A DNA stretch of 64,000 nucleotides. Origin: a virus. This document shows positions 1 to 9,338 of this stretch, piece by piece. Numbering within the stretch: the stretch's first letter is position 1; every line of letters begins with the position of its first letter. The stretch lies in the IMG/VR virus record IMGVR_UViG_3300021185_002806, one strand, 5' to 3'. The translations under genes were made by a program, and so were the position numbers. Under the pieces are notes generated by a model. That model was not told the origin of the DNA, did no database searches, and saw only the letters and a list, made by a program, of their open reading frames with translations.

Positions 1-756
1 ATACTCACCTGGTGTCTTATTATTTCCTTCTGAGAACCCAAGTCCTTCTAACCATTCTTTTAATTCTAAATTCATTTCCATTGAACCACAAACCATAACT
101 CTGTCATGTTCTTTAGAGAATTCACTTAGTCCTAATTGTTCTTGTACTTTGCCTTTATACATTGCAGTAGTAACTCTGCCCATATTAACAAATTCTTCAC
201 GTGTTACTGTTGGATAAAACTTAAATTTACCTTGAGTAATTTCGCCCCATATTTCATGAGCATTCAATCCTTCTAAGAACTCTTTATATGCAAGTTCCTT
301 AACTGTTCGTGTACCCCATACTAATATTACATTATCATAATCTTCATAGGTTTCTAATCCTCTTACCAAACTCATAAAGGGTGCAACTCCAGTTCCTGTT
401 GCTAGTAAATATAGATTTTTACCAGGTTTTAAATTTGGTATAACCAACGTGCCTACTGCTTTAGAATTTACTAATAATTCATCGCCTTCTTTTATATGTT
501 GCAGTCTGCTTGTTAATGGTCCATCTGGTACCTTAATTGAGAACCACTCCATATATTCTTCATAGTTTGGTGATGCAACTGAATATGCTCTCATTATAGG
601 CTTATTTCTTTGTAACTTTTCTGACCAATTATCTAAGCCAATCATTAAAAATTCACCATCACGAAATCTAGTACCCTTATCACGGGTAGTCTTTATATGC
701 ATTAAGTTATCTGTATAATGTTTTACCTCTAATACTGTTTCTCTTATGATAGCCAT
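1..756 (-). CDS. fpr: Ferredoxin-NADP+ reductase (3' end runs off window)
   Basis: Manual translation MAIIRETVLEVKHYTD...RAYSVAS...IKVPDGPLTSRL...ATGTGVAPF...MVCGS...GFSEGNNKTPGEY; bacterial FNR motifs; absent from ORF track. Confidence 0.92.
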   Translation of the reverse strand, partial: MAIIRETVLEVKHYTDNLMHIKTTRDKGTRFRDGEFLMIGLDNWSEKLQRNKPIMRAYSVASPNYEEYMEWFSIKVPDGPLTSRLQHIKEGDELLVNSKAVGTLVIPNLKPGKNLYLLATGTGVAPFMSLVRGLETYEDYDNVILVWGTRTVKELAYKEFLEGLNAHEIWGEITQGKFKFYPTVTREEFVNMGRVTTAMYKGKVQEQLGLSEFSKEHDRVMVCGSMEMNLELKEWLEGLGFSEGNNKTPGEY

Positions 757-1688
757 TTGTCTACTTCATCCTGATAATCATTGATTAATTTGTCTGCAAC
801 TTTAAATTTGTTAGTTGAAAGCAACTGTTCTATACCATTTAGTTGTTTATATTTTTTATGCCAAGTTAAGTAAGTATCACTTAATGTCAGTCCAGGAATG
901 TTCTTAGATAATATCTTTGCTAACGTTTTTGCATCTGAACAATGCAATTCTTTAAAACCTAATGCAAGGCCGCCATTTGCTAAAATATTATCTCTCACTC
1001 CTATTTCATTACGTAACTTTAGTGACAACTCTGTAATATTATCATAATAGCTTTGATAAGAGAAATTACTGCGATAGCCTTCATTTTTAACTTCTTGTAA
1101 ATGTGTTATAGCCAGCATTTCAGCAGGCGATTTAGAAATTATGGCAATATGGGTATCAATTTCTAAATCATATACATCTTTAAAAAGTTTAGGGTGCGAA
1201 TACGTATCACCGATAATGTAATATTCATGTTGTCCAAATATCTGATGCTTGAATTTTATATTTCTTTCAGTCATATATTTACTATGACGGTCTTTCATAT
1301 TTGCAACTTCTAGCGATTGTATCTTTGTCAATGCTTCCTGAAATGATATACCATGGCGTAACGCATGCCAATTTGCAACATCTAATGCACCAACATCATA
1401 AAATGTTTGTCCAGTACCGTGCCTAGGCGGAAACACATTCGACAAGAAAGTTAATGGTTTAACTGAGCCATCATTTAGCAATGCAACTAAGTCATACTTT
1501 ACACCATCATGTTCTGCTACATATGTACTACCTTCTGGTGGGGCACCTGCTGTATGCTTAACAAACGTTGGCGCCCAATACCCTGCATCTTCAAAATCTA
1601 TTTCAATCTCTGGGTGCAATAATAACCATAGGCATATTTTTAGAAAATCGCCGCCGGCACCTGCATTATAACTCAAATATATATTCAT
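744..1688 (-). CDS. Hypothetical protein, possible divergent sulfotransferase-like P-loop protein
   Basis: N-terminal YNAGAGGDFL resembles PPGAGMNF/APGAGSNFL of ORFs at 44830-47667. Confidence 0.5.
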   Translation of the reverse strand: MNIYLSYNAGAGGDFLKICLWLLLHPEIEIDFEDAGYWAPTFVKHTAGAPPEGSTYVAEHDGVKYDLVALLNDGSVKPLTFLSNVFPPRHGTGQTFYDVGALDVANWHALRHGISFQEALTKIQSLEVANMKDRHSKYMTERNIKFKHQIFGQHEYYIIGDTYSHPKLFKDVYDLEIDTHIAIISKSPAEMLAITHLQEVKNEGYRSNFSYQSYYDNITELSLKLRNEIGVRDNILANGGLALGFKELHCSDAKTLAKILSKNIPGLTLSDTYLTWHKKYKQLNGIEQLLSTNKFKVADKLINDYQDEVDKWLS

Positions 1689-1847
1689 TTATTTTCCCGG
1701 TAAAACGCATATTGGTAATGTTGGTACTACAATACAGCCTACAAATTTCATTACTGTTAGTTTTACTCTATCTTCTTTTTCTTTTTCTGTTTTAGGGGTA
1801 GCACACGCACTGACTAATAATAAAATTAGTATTAAAAAAACTTTCAT
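1689..1847 (-). CDS. Small putative lipoprotein
   Basis: MKVFLILILLLVSAC lipobox; ATG overlaps the upstream stop. Confidence 0.55.
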   Translation of the reverse strand: MKVFLILILLLVSACATPKTEKEKEDRVKLTVMKFVGCIVVPTLPICVLPGK

Positions 1848-2176
1848 TAATGATTTCGCCCACCATCGAATACACATACAAAGTACATATCGCCTGAGCC
1901 TTGATTATGAACACGATGAAAAACACCATCTTCAATCAGTACACAATCACCTTCAATAACGTACAATTCTTTATCATCAAGTTCCATAATACCGTGTCCT
2001 TTTAAAAACATATAGACTTCTTCTTGTCCTTCATGTTTATGTCCACTGGTAGATTTTCCTGAATGCAATGTAGTTGAACTGACAACTAAATTTCTCAGTA
2101 AGGTATTATCCGTTACTGTATACGTTTCATTGTCTTTTACTGTTTGTCCGTCAATTTCCCATAAATTCATTTGCAT
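1847..2176 (-). CDS. Cupin-domain protein
   Basis: HKHEGQEEVY...G...HRVHN cupin motifs. Confidence 0.85.
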   Translation of the reverse strand: MQMNLWEIDGQTVKDNETYTVTDNTLLRNLVVSSTTLHSGKSTSGHKHEGQEEVYMFLKGHGIMELDDKELYVIEGDCVLIEDGVFHRVHNQGSGDMYFVCVFDGGRNH

Positions 2177-2577
2177 ATAGTTACCCTCTTACGTAAATCA
2201 CTTGAACTAAACCTATGGTCTCGTTCATTAAAATGTATATCTATCTCCCTTTTCTTACAAATATCACGACCTGTAAAATCTTTGTCTCTATATTCTACGC
2301 CGAGAATACGAATGTCAATATGCATACCACTTAGAATGTCTTCCAAGTCTTGTTCAGTTGCATATGGAATAATTTCATCTACATATTTACATGCACGTAG
2401 TTGTAAGTATCTTTCGACAACAGTTTGTACTGGTTTATTTTTTGTCGGTCTGTCCATTGTTGGGTCTGTTTGCAATCCCACAATAAGATAATCGCATTGT
2501 GCTTTTGCTTCTTCTAACATCAATGTATGACCTGCGTGTAACAAGTCAAATGAACTACATGTAAATCCTATCTTCAT
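2167..2577 (-). CDS. tagD: Glycerol-3-phosphate cytidylyltransferase (TagD-like)
   Basis: FDLLHAGH motif, ER...VDE, RFSSS end. Confidence 0.85.
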   Translation of the reverse strand: MKIGFTCSSFDLLHAGHTLMLEEAKAQCDYLIVGLQTDPTMDRPTKNKPVQTVVERYLQLRACKYVDEIIPYATEQDLEDILSGMHIDIRILGVEYRDKDFTGRDICKKREIDIHFNERDHRFSSSDLRKRVTICK

Positions 2578-2984
2578 AATACGTGTACCTTTTGTCTTAT
2601 AGTTTCAATTAAATTTCCTAATCCATTTCTACGTTGTTGAGATAATAATTGTTGAATGTTTAAACTTTGAAAATCTTCATGCTTGATTTCTTTTGCCTCT
2701 TCAACTGGTATATCTGAAAAACAATCTGCAACAATACTAGTAATACCTTTTGTAATCATTGCATCACTATCGTAATACACTTTTACTTTATCTTCTACTA
2801 CACCTACATCAATCCAAATCTTTGACATGCACCCACCTACAAGTCTATCATCAGTTCTTAATTCATATGGTAGCGTAGTAGACTTTTTTGCAAGTTCTAT
2901 TAGATAAACTAATCTTTCATTGCCATCATCAAAAAGACTTAGATTGTCTGCCCATTCATTTATTTTCATGAAAACTTTTTCCAA
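2574..2984 (-). CDS. sufE: SufE-family Fe-S sulfur acceptor
   Basis: VGGCMSKIW, DSDAMITKG, LSQQRRNGL. Confidence 0.9.
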   Translation of the reverse strand: MEKVFMKINEWADNLSLFDDGNERLVYLIELAKKSTTLPYELRTDDRLVGGCMSKIWIDVGVVEDKVKVYYDSDAMITKGITSIVADCFSDIPVEEAKEIKHEDFQSLNIQQLLSQQRRNGLGNLIETIRQKVHVL

Positions 2985-3196
2985 AGTTTATGTAATACAA
3001 AAAACCAAATACCGTTAATTGCTGGTTCTACTAATGCAACTGACCCTGCTTCCCATAAAGAGGCATCCGTCATTATTTTAACTACTGTCATAGCAATAAT
3101 AATGTGGCCACATGTATAAATTAATGCAAGTGTCAATGAGTCACTTTTTACTGCTAAGTCTTTTAAAGTTTTAAATATTCCTTCATTAAACTCCAT
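2966..3196 (-). CDS. DUF2061-like small membrane protein
   Basis: ALVEPAINGIWFFVLHKLW pattern. Confidence 0.6.
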   Translation of the reverse strand: MEFNEGIFKTLKDLAVKSDSLTLALIYTCGHIIIAMTVVKIMTDASLWEAGSVALVEPAINGIWFFVLHKLWKKFS

Positions 3197-3208
3197 AGTG
3201 TCCCTTTT

Positions 3209-3556
3209 TTATATTATATTTCTCACAATAACAATACTAGAAATACCTAACCATAAAGTATTAAAGATTACTAACGTAGGTAATCCTTTTTCTCTACTAG
3301 CCCATATTAAAAGACTGCTTGTAAAAAGTGTTAAAAAATGAAATTGCCATACTTCAATACCGTATAATAATGCAGGAAGAATGACTAATGCTTTTGCATA
3401 CCAGGCTGATGCTTCTACAACGTTATAATTTACCCAATATTCTTTCTTACCATAAAGTTTTACACATTCGATAATTTTTCTAACCCCTACCAATCTGTAT
3501 ACGATTGTTGTAACTGTTAAAAATAATCCTAAAGTTAATAATACCTGAAATAACAT
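3209..3556 (-). CDS. Hypothetical membrane protein
   Basis: Several hydrophobic segments. Confidence 0.6.
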   Translation of the reverse strand: MLFQVLLTLGLFLTVTTIVYRLVGVRKIIECVKLYGKKEYWVNYNVVEASAWYAKALVILPALLYGIEVWQFHFLTLFTSSLLIWASREKGLPTLVIFNTLWLGISSIVIVRNII

Positions 3557-3557
3557 A

Positions 3558-3833
3558 CTAGTTCCTCATTAAAAAATCTGCACAATCCTGTTCGTTTCTA
3601 AAATTGATTGTTGCAATTCTTGTATAGTTATCAATGTGACATGAGATATCTTTTTGAGCATATCTTTTCACTAAATCTTTCCTGAACTTCCTCATAGCAT
3701 CATTATTTAAAAATAATGAAGACTTAGCATTATTGGATTCTTCAACAGGAACAACTTGTGCTACAATAGAATAAGGAAGACCAACACCTGGGTTAGTCTT
3801 TGTCTTCGCTATATCTATTTTATATGTTTTCAT
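3558..3833 (-). CDS. Hypothetical protein
   Basis: Tightly packed ORF; likely start MKTYKIDI. Confidence 0.5.
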   Translation of the reverse strand: MKTYKIDIAKTKTNPGVGLPYSIVAQVVPVEESNNAKSSLFLNNDAMRKFRKDLVKRYAQKDISCHIDNYTRIATINFRNEQDCADFLMRN

Positions 3834-3834
3834 A

Positions 3835-4983
3835 TCACATCTTTGTTGTTGTATTTTCATACGTTTTATTATATTGACTATTTGTTCTTATAAATGTAGC
3901 ACATTTTGAAAGATATTTCAACCTTTTTGCACCTGCATATGTACAAGTAGAACGTATACCTCCAAGAATTGTTTGTATTGTATCTGCTACCTTTCCTCTA
4001 TATGGTACAAGTACTTCACGACCTTCACTAGCACGATAATCTTTTAATCCACCAAAGTGTTTTTGATTTGCCGCATCTGAACTCATTCCGTAGAACTTTA
4101 TGAATTGCTTTTCTTCTACTTTTTGTTTGCGATTATCTAAATGCTCCCCAACTTCATATTCTAATTCATTTGTTGTATAAAACTTAGTAATTACTTTACC
4201 GCCGCCTTCATCATGGCCGGCAAGCATACCGCCAAGCATAACATAATCTGCCCCACCTGCAAAGGCTTTAGAGATATCTCCAGGGCAATTACACCCACCG
4301 TCAGCAATAATGTGACCGCCAAGTCCGTGTGCGGCGTCGGCACATTCGATGACCGCCGATAACTGCGGATATCCCACACCAGTTTGAATCCGAGTAGTGC
4401 AAACAGACCCGGGACCAATACCCACTTTAACAATATCTGCTCCATTTAGTATTAACTCCTGTGTTTGGTCTGCCGTTACAACATTGCCTGCTATGATTAC
4501 TATATTAGGATAATTTTCACGAAATTTACCTACAAACTCTGTAAATCTTTGACTATACCCATTTGCTACATCAATGCAAACATATTGTAAGATACCGTTT
4601 AGTTGTTCGTATACTGTTCTAAATTTTTCTTCATCTGGAGAAGTGATGCCGATACTCATAGCAACATTTTTACTTCGTCTTGCATCTGGAAAATCATTAA
4701 TGAAAAACTCTACAATCTGTTCTACTGAATATGTTTTCACAAGGCAGGTAAAAATATTTTGTTGTGCAAGTGCATCTGCCATTACCAAGGTACCTACGCC
4801 GTCCATATTGGATGCCATAAGTGGGACACCTCTATAATGTCTATGCAATTCTGTCTGTGATTTTGTATTGCGAAATGTAAACCCACGTTCTAAGTCAACT
4901 TCCTTGCGAGAGCCTAATGTGCTTCGTTTAGGTCTAATTAGAACATCATCATAGTTAAGTTTAATTTCATTTTCAATATGCAT
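3835..4983 (-). CDS. guaC: GMP reductase
   Basis: [52 protein letters not shown]. Confidence 0.95.
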   Translation of the reverse strand: MHIENEIKLNYDDVLIRPKRSTLGSRKEVDLERGFTFRNTKSQTELHRHYRGVPLMASNMDGVGTLVMADALAQQNIFTCLVKTYSVEQIVEFFINDFPDARRSKNVAMSIGITSPDEEKFRTVYEQLNGILQYVCIDVANGYSQRFTEFVGKFRENYPNIVIIAGNVVTADQTQELILNGADIVKVGIGPGSVCTTRIQTGVGYPQLSAVIECADAAHGLGGHIIADGGCNCPGDISKAFAGGADYVMLGGMLAGHDEGGGKVITKFYTTNELEYEVGEHLDNRKQKVEEKQFIKFYGMSSDAANQKHFGGLKDYRASEGREVLVPYRGKVADTIQTILGGIRSTCTYAGAKRLKYLSKCATFIRTNSQYNKTYENTTTKM

Positions 4984-5009
4984 AATTTACCTTAAAGTAT
5001 TCAAAGGCC

Positions 5010-5258
5010 TTAAAGACCTTTGATAACTTCCCTAATTTCTTCTACCGCTGTAGAATCCACGTACTCACTTCGAAATATTGCATACTTCTTAGTTGAGTAA
5101 TTATATACACCAACTTCTGTGTATTCCCCATTGTCGTTTTTACTAAAACAACTATATAGACCATTACGGCCTTTGAACGGTTTTAGAAGATTAACTGCCT
5201 CTTCCATTGAAACCGACATTTTACGAGGCTTGCGCCCACGTTGAGTTTTGTTTGCCAC
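5010..5258 (-). CDS. Hypothetical protein
   Basis: ORF with GAGGA RBS downstream of an early-type promoter. Confidence 0.55.
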   Translation of the reverse strand: MANKTQRGRKPRKMSVSMEEAVNLLKPFKGRNGLYSCFSKNDNGEYTEVGVYNYSTKKYAIFRSEYVDSTAVEEIREVIKGL

Positions 5259-5346
5259 TTCATATATCCTCTTCGTCTGTAGTTAGCAAAGTTGTGTTTG
5301 TAGTTTAATCACATTTCGGTGTTAGTTCCTCATTTGAACTGTTATT

Positions 5347-5375
5347 AGTATACAACAAAATTCATTAAATTGCAA
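5347..5375 (-). promoter_or_regulatory. Sigma70-like early promoter
   Basis: TTGCAA-N17-TATACT. Confidence 0.6.
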
Positions 5376-5383
5376 GAACTATT

Positions 5384-6073
5384 TTAGTTCCAACGATAAA
5401 AAATGTGCATGCCAATTCTTCCTACTAAATCCATTCGATGGTCTTTGCTCCATGCAGGTGCCACATAAGTTGCGTGATAATGTGTTGCGCCCTCAGTGAT
5501 GCCTCGTAACCCATCATTATGCATAATGTCCCAAGCAATCATCTGTGCCTTGACCCAATTCTCTGAGCCTAATGGAATATCATCTGACTTGCCATCACAA
5601 TACCAACTAAACTGACACTTATGACGAATAGGAATATATACACGTTCACTATCATCTAAATCAGGATACTGTTTTGTCTTCCAGCTTTCCTTCATTTTAG
5701 CTTGATATACTACTCCACATATACTATCTGGGTAATGTGCATGTTTTACACGATTAAGAACAACATCAGCAACTGCCGCCATACCAGCCTTGTTATCGAT
5801 ACTTGATTCAAAGAAAATGTTTTGTGCTAAACAAAACTCATCCTGAAATTCATATGGGTCAATTAGAAAGAATTCAATATCTTTTCTATTTGAGATATCA
5901 ATAGTTTCTACTATAGTTGTTTTTACTGTATCAATATCTTTAGTTTTTTCGCCTGAGTCTACATTAAGTGTAGCACTTGCGGCATAGGCGGCAAATCCTA
6001 CTAATATACCCATCACTGTTAGGTTCATTAGTGTAACGAACCCACTACCCATTACTTTTAGAAATTTCAACAT
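5384..6073 (-). CDS. Cell wall hydrolase (SleB/Hydrolase_2)
   Basis: CLAQNIFFES, VVLNRV, CQFSWYCDGK, GATHYHA, IGMHIFY; N-terminal TM. Confidence 0.92.
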   Translation of the reverse strand: MLKFLKVMGSGFVTLMNLTVMGILVGFAAYAASATLNVDSGEKTKDIDTVKTTIVETIDISNRKDIEFFLIDPYEFQDEFCLAQNIFFESSIDNKAGMAAVADVVLNRVKHAHYPDSICGVVYQAKMKESWKTKQYPDLDDSERVYIPIRHKCQFSWYCDGKSDDIPLGSENWVKAQMIAWDIMHNDGLRGITEGATHYHATYVAPAWSKDHRMDLVGRIGMHIFYRWN

Positions 6074-6137
6074 TTATATCTGCCTCGCTTTTCTGATTAT
6101 GTATATACTATAACATGATTCGCTATTTTGTCAAGTT

Positions 6138-6695
6138 TTAAGATACATAAATTTTAAGTACTTCGTACTCAATATCACCTGCGGGACGCATAATTGCTAC
6201 AATATCACCAACTTTTGAGCCGATTAGTTCAGCGCCTAGTGGTGATTTGAAGCTAATTATTCCATTATTTGGGTCTGATTCGAACTCTCCGGCAATCGTA
6301 TATTCGATTGTCTTTTCTGTATCACAGTTTTCAATCTTAACTGTTGTACCAAAGGATACTTTTTCTTTCTTTCCTTTGGCCAAAGGCTCCATTACTGTTA
6401 CCTTTTCAAGCATTTCCTGTAGTCTATGAACTTCCATGTCTACTCGTTGCATATCTTCCAATGCAACCAAAAGTTCCTCATTTTCTTCAAGACCGCCTTG
6501 TAGTCTTGCGGCAGTTATACGTTCTGTTATTTCTGGTCGTTTATCTTGTGTTTCTAAAATCTTTCTGTATAAATCGTCTCTGCCTTTGGCACTTATTAAA
6601 TCCATATTATTTTTATTCTCACTTAAATTATTATTACTTGAACGCCCATATTTATCAGATTGTTCTACTTTAAAGCCCATAATAGTACTAGTCAT
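6138..6695 (-). CDS. greA: Transcription elongation factor GreA/GreB-like
   Basis: ARLQGGLEENEE, FGTTVKI, ISFKSPLGAELIG; true start may be near 6605. Confidence 0.85.
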   Translation of the reverse strand: MTSTIMGFKVEQSDKYGRSSNNNLSENKNNMDLISAKGRDDLYRKILETQDKRPEITERITAARLQGGLEENEELLVALEDMQRVDMEVHRLQEMLEKVTVMEPLAKGKKEKVSFGTTVKIENCDTEKTIEYTIAGEFESDPNNGIISFKSPLGAELIGSKVGDIVAIMRPAGDIEYEVLKIYVS

Positions 6696-6698
6696 TTG

Positions 6699-6989
6699 TT
6701 ATTCCTCTCCAGTTGTTTTCATATCTTTAGTCATTACATCTAACATAGTTTGTAGATGATTTTCTCTACCAAATTGCCTATCTAGCATTGCTCTAAACAA
6801 CATCGATATAGCAACCATTTCATTGCCAACACCATCATCATACGGATTAATGTCATTGTCAACTAGTACTTGAATAGCGGATTGAAGATATTCTATTACA
6901 ATATCTTCGATATCATCTTGATCCATTTCATGTACTAATTTTGTCAAATCTGGTCTATACTTATTAAGTTCTATTACATTATCGGTCAT
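6699..6989 (-). CDS. Hypothetical protein
   Basis: Operon-packed ORF. Confidence 0.55.
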   Translation of the reverse strand: MTDNVIELNKYRPDLTKLVHEMDQDDIEDIVIEYLQSAIQVLVDNDINPYDDGVGNEMVAISMLFRAMLDRQFGRENHLQTMLDVMTKDMKTTGEE

Positions 6990-7402
6990 GATTTTAACTT
7001 GTCCTCTATAACTACGTATGCTATTACTATTGACTTTTCATCACTGACACTTAAATGAATAGTTTTATCTTTTATTATTTGCTCATTTGCAATCTCATTA
7101 GATACCCTAACTTGTGGATGTTTTAATCCATAGCTTCCAGTCGGAGAGAAGTATGTAATATTACCCCAAGTAAAGTTACCTTTAAATCCAATACCTAATG
7201 CTTTAACAAAGGCTTCTTTTACTGCCCAACATTTTGCAAGATACTGTGCCTTATTTGCTTGTTGAAAATACTTTTCTTGCTCAGAGGCGCTTAAGATTTT
7301 CATAGCGAACTTATCACCATGCCTGTCTAATGCTTCCTGCATTCTTTTTATTTCAACAATATCTACACCGATACCGTGAATTTTGTTGTGCGTTTTAATC
7401 AC
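6986..7402 (-). CDS. acpS: Holo-ACP synthase (4'-phosphopantetheinyl transferase)
   Basis: GIGVDIVEIKR, WAVKEAFVKALGIG, HLSVSDE. Confidence 0.93.
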   Translation of the reverse strand: MIKTHNKIHGIGVDIVEIKRMQEALDRHGDKFAMKILSASEQEKYFQQANKAQYLAKCWAVKEAFVKALGIGFKGNFTWGNITYFSPTGSYGLKHPQVRVSNEIANEQIIKDKTIHLSVSDEKSIVIAYVVIEDKLKS

Positions 7403-7503
7403 TGATTTGCTTTCTTCTTTAGTTTGAATGCAAGTTTTCTTTTATATTTTTTTGCGGCAGTTTTCGTATTTCTAATTTTGCCTTTTTCTGATAATCTTTT
7501 CAT
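7399..7503 (-). CDS. 34-aa highly basic microprotein
   Basis: MKRLSEKGKIRNTKTAAKKYKRKLAFKLKKKANQ; overlaps both neighbours by 4 nt. Confidence 0.5.
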   Translation of the reverse strand: MKRLSEKGKIRNTKTAAKKYKRKLAFKLKKKANQ

Positions 7504-7784
7504 GTTGTCTCCATTTCTAATAAATCTTTAAACGTCCAGTTTTGTTTAACGAATGCGCCAAACATACCTGCTTCGGCATATTTTTCTAACAAAGTTCCTT
7601 TGACTTCCAATTGGTTGTTTCTAGTCAGAGTTTGCATAAACTCAGGTGTCATACCATGCTTCGTAGTCATATCATGTATATCGATATTAGGTGCAAACTT
7701 TAATGTAACTAATGCCGCTTCTTCATCTGACATAACTACACAATCATTTTGACCATTAATTGTTACACTCCAAACCTTATTCAT
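7500..7784 (-). CDS. Hypothetical protein
   Basis: Coupled ORF. Confidence 0.55.
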   Translation of the reverse strand: MNKVWSVTINGQNDCVVMSDEEAALVTLKFAPNIDIHDMTTKHGMTPEFMQTLTRNNQLEVKGTLLEKYAEAGMFGAFVKQNWTFKDLLEMETT

Positions 7785-8218
7785 TATCGGCGCATCCTTG
7801 CAATTTCTACAGCTTCTTCCTTATTGTCTGCAAATACCGGTACCATATTACTCTTATGCATTGTTGCAATACCAAGTAACTTACGTTCACCTGTATATTT
7901 CATAGATTCTTTCTTTGCAGTTGACCCTCCTAGATTATTACTAAGACTAGGATAGTCTGGTGTTTCACGTGTTTGTGGTGGCTCATATGCAGGTGGCCTA
8001 TAATTCGGATTTACTTTTGGCTTATAATTACCTTGTCTATAATCTATATATTCATCCATAGTCATTTGCATATTGTGACTACCAATACGTTTCATATTTT
8101 TGTTATACGCACGTAAATCAGTTTCGTATGCTTTCATTTTACCAGCAGTAATCTTACTACGCTTTTTCTTCTTGTAATTAGTTGTGGTCATATACGGACC
8201 AACTAAGTGCATTGTCAT
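7784..8218 (-). CDS. Conserved phage hypothetical protein
   Basis: YTGERKLLGIATMHKSNMVPVF motif recalled from marine T4-like phages. Confidence 0.7.
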   Translation of the reverse strand: MTMHLVGPYMTTTNYKKKKRSKITAGKMKAYETDLRAYNKNMKRIGSHNMQMTMDEYIDYRQGNYKPKVNPNYRPPAYEPPQTRETPDYPSLSNNLGGSTAKKESMKYTGERKLLGIATMHKSNMVPVFADNKEEAVEIARMRR

Positions 8219-8243
8219 AAGCTAAACTCCTTATTGAAGTAGT

Positions 8244-8272
8244 ACTATAACATTATTTCGTTATTTTGTCAA
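8244..8272 (-). promoter_or_regulatory. Sigma70-like early promoter
   Basis: TTGACA-N17-TATAGT; near-copy at ~6107-6134. Confidence 0.7.
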
Positions 8273-8316
8273 GTTTTTAATAAATAACAAAAGAGACCAT
8301 ATATGAGGAGAGGTAT

Positions 8317-8799
8317 ATGATTGATCCAGTATCTGCCATTGGCATAGCGGCCGCGGCCTATCGTGGCATTAAATCAGCAGTAGAAACAGGCAAAAGTTTA
8401 CATGACATGGCAGGCACACTACAACAGTGGGCGGGCGCAATGTCTGACTTAGACTTTGCACACAGACAAGCAGAAAATCCACCAATGTTCAAAAAGATAT
8501 TTGGTGCAAGCCAAGTTGAACAAAACGCCCTGGAAGTTTGGGGACATAAACAAAAAGCAAAAGAAATGCGTGAAGAATTAAGGTCTCACGTTAGTTTATA
8601 TTATGGACCATCAGCATGGAAAGAAATTGTTGGAATAGAAGCACAGATGCGTAATGAACGTAAAGCGGCAGTCTACGCCGCAGAAGAAAGAAAACAAAAA
8701 ATCTTAGAATGGCTTATCGGTTTAGCACTTGCAGGTGCAATGACAACAATTATTGTTTTTATTATTTGGCTTGTAGGTAAAGGTCAAGGAAGATGGTAG
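8317..8799 (+). CDS. Hypothetical protein with C-terminal TM
   Basis: GAGGAGAGG RBS; AATAAATA motif upstream. Confidence 0.75.
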   Translation: MIDPVSAIGIAAAAYRGIKSAVETGKSLHDMAGTLQQWAGAMSDLDFAHRQAENPPMFKKIFGASQVEQNALEVWGHKQKAKEMREELRSHVSLYYGPSAWKEIVGIEAQMRNERKAAVYAAEERKQKILEWLIGLALAGAMTTIIVFIIWLVGKGQGRW

Positions 8800-9336
8800 T
8801 TACTGTGTAACTCCTAAATTTCTTAAAGACTTCTGTACACATATACTTTGTATCCTGCAATCCTCTAATGCGTTGTGGGCCGCGAATGCTATATCTTTTC
8901 TAGGGTCTCTTGGCATAAGACTAAACAAAGTTCTACTATCCCTAATATTATAGAATGCCCAATTATAATGTAATCCTAGTTGTCTATACAAATTTTCTAA
9001 AATAGCAATATCAAATACTGGTCCTTGACACCATATCTTATCAACTCCAACTAAATACTTGTTCAACTTAATTAGGATTTCTTTTACTGAATGTCTATTC
9101 TCATCTGATAATGCTTCCTCAACGATTTCAGGTGCTTGTCTTGACCACCACTCTATTGTGCCATCTTCAACGTGTCTTCCCATAGCAGTTTGCTCATCGA
9201 CATTTGCTCTATAGTAAAATTCATTATAAGGCGGGTCATTTGTAAAAGGGTCAAACTTAATTGCACCTATTGTTAATAATACTGCATCTGGCTTCGTACT
9301 TAATGTTTCTAAGTCGATTGTTGCATGTGTTGGCAT
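8800..9336 (-). CDS. DEDDh 3'-5' exonuclease (Rv2179c/DexA-like)
   Basis: IDLETL, FDIAIL, RDSRT, HNALEDC. Confidence 0.88.
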   Translation of the reverse strand: MPTHATIDLETLSTKPDAVLLTIGAIKFDPFTNDPPYNEFYYRANVDEQTAMGRHVEDGTIEWWSRQAPEIVEEALSDENRHSVKEILIKLNKYLVGVDKIWCQGPVFDIAILENLYRQLGLHYNWAFYNIRDSRTLFSLMPRDPRKDIAFAAHNALEDCRIQSICVQKSLRNLGVTQ

Positions 9337-9338
9337 AA

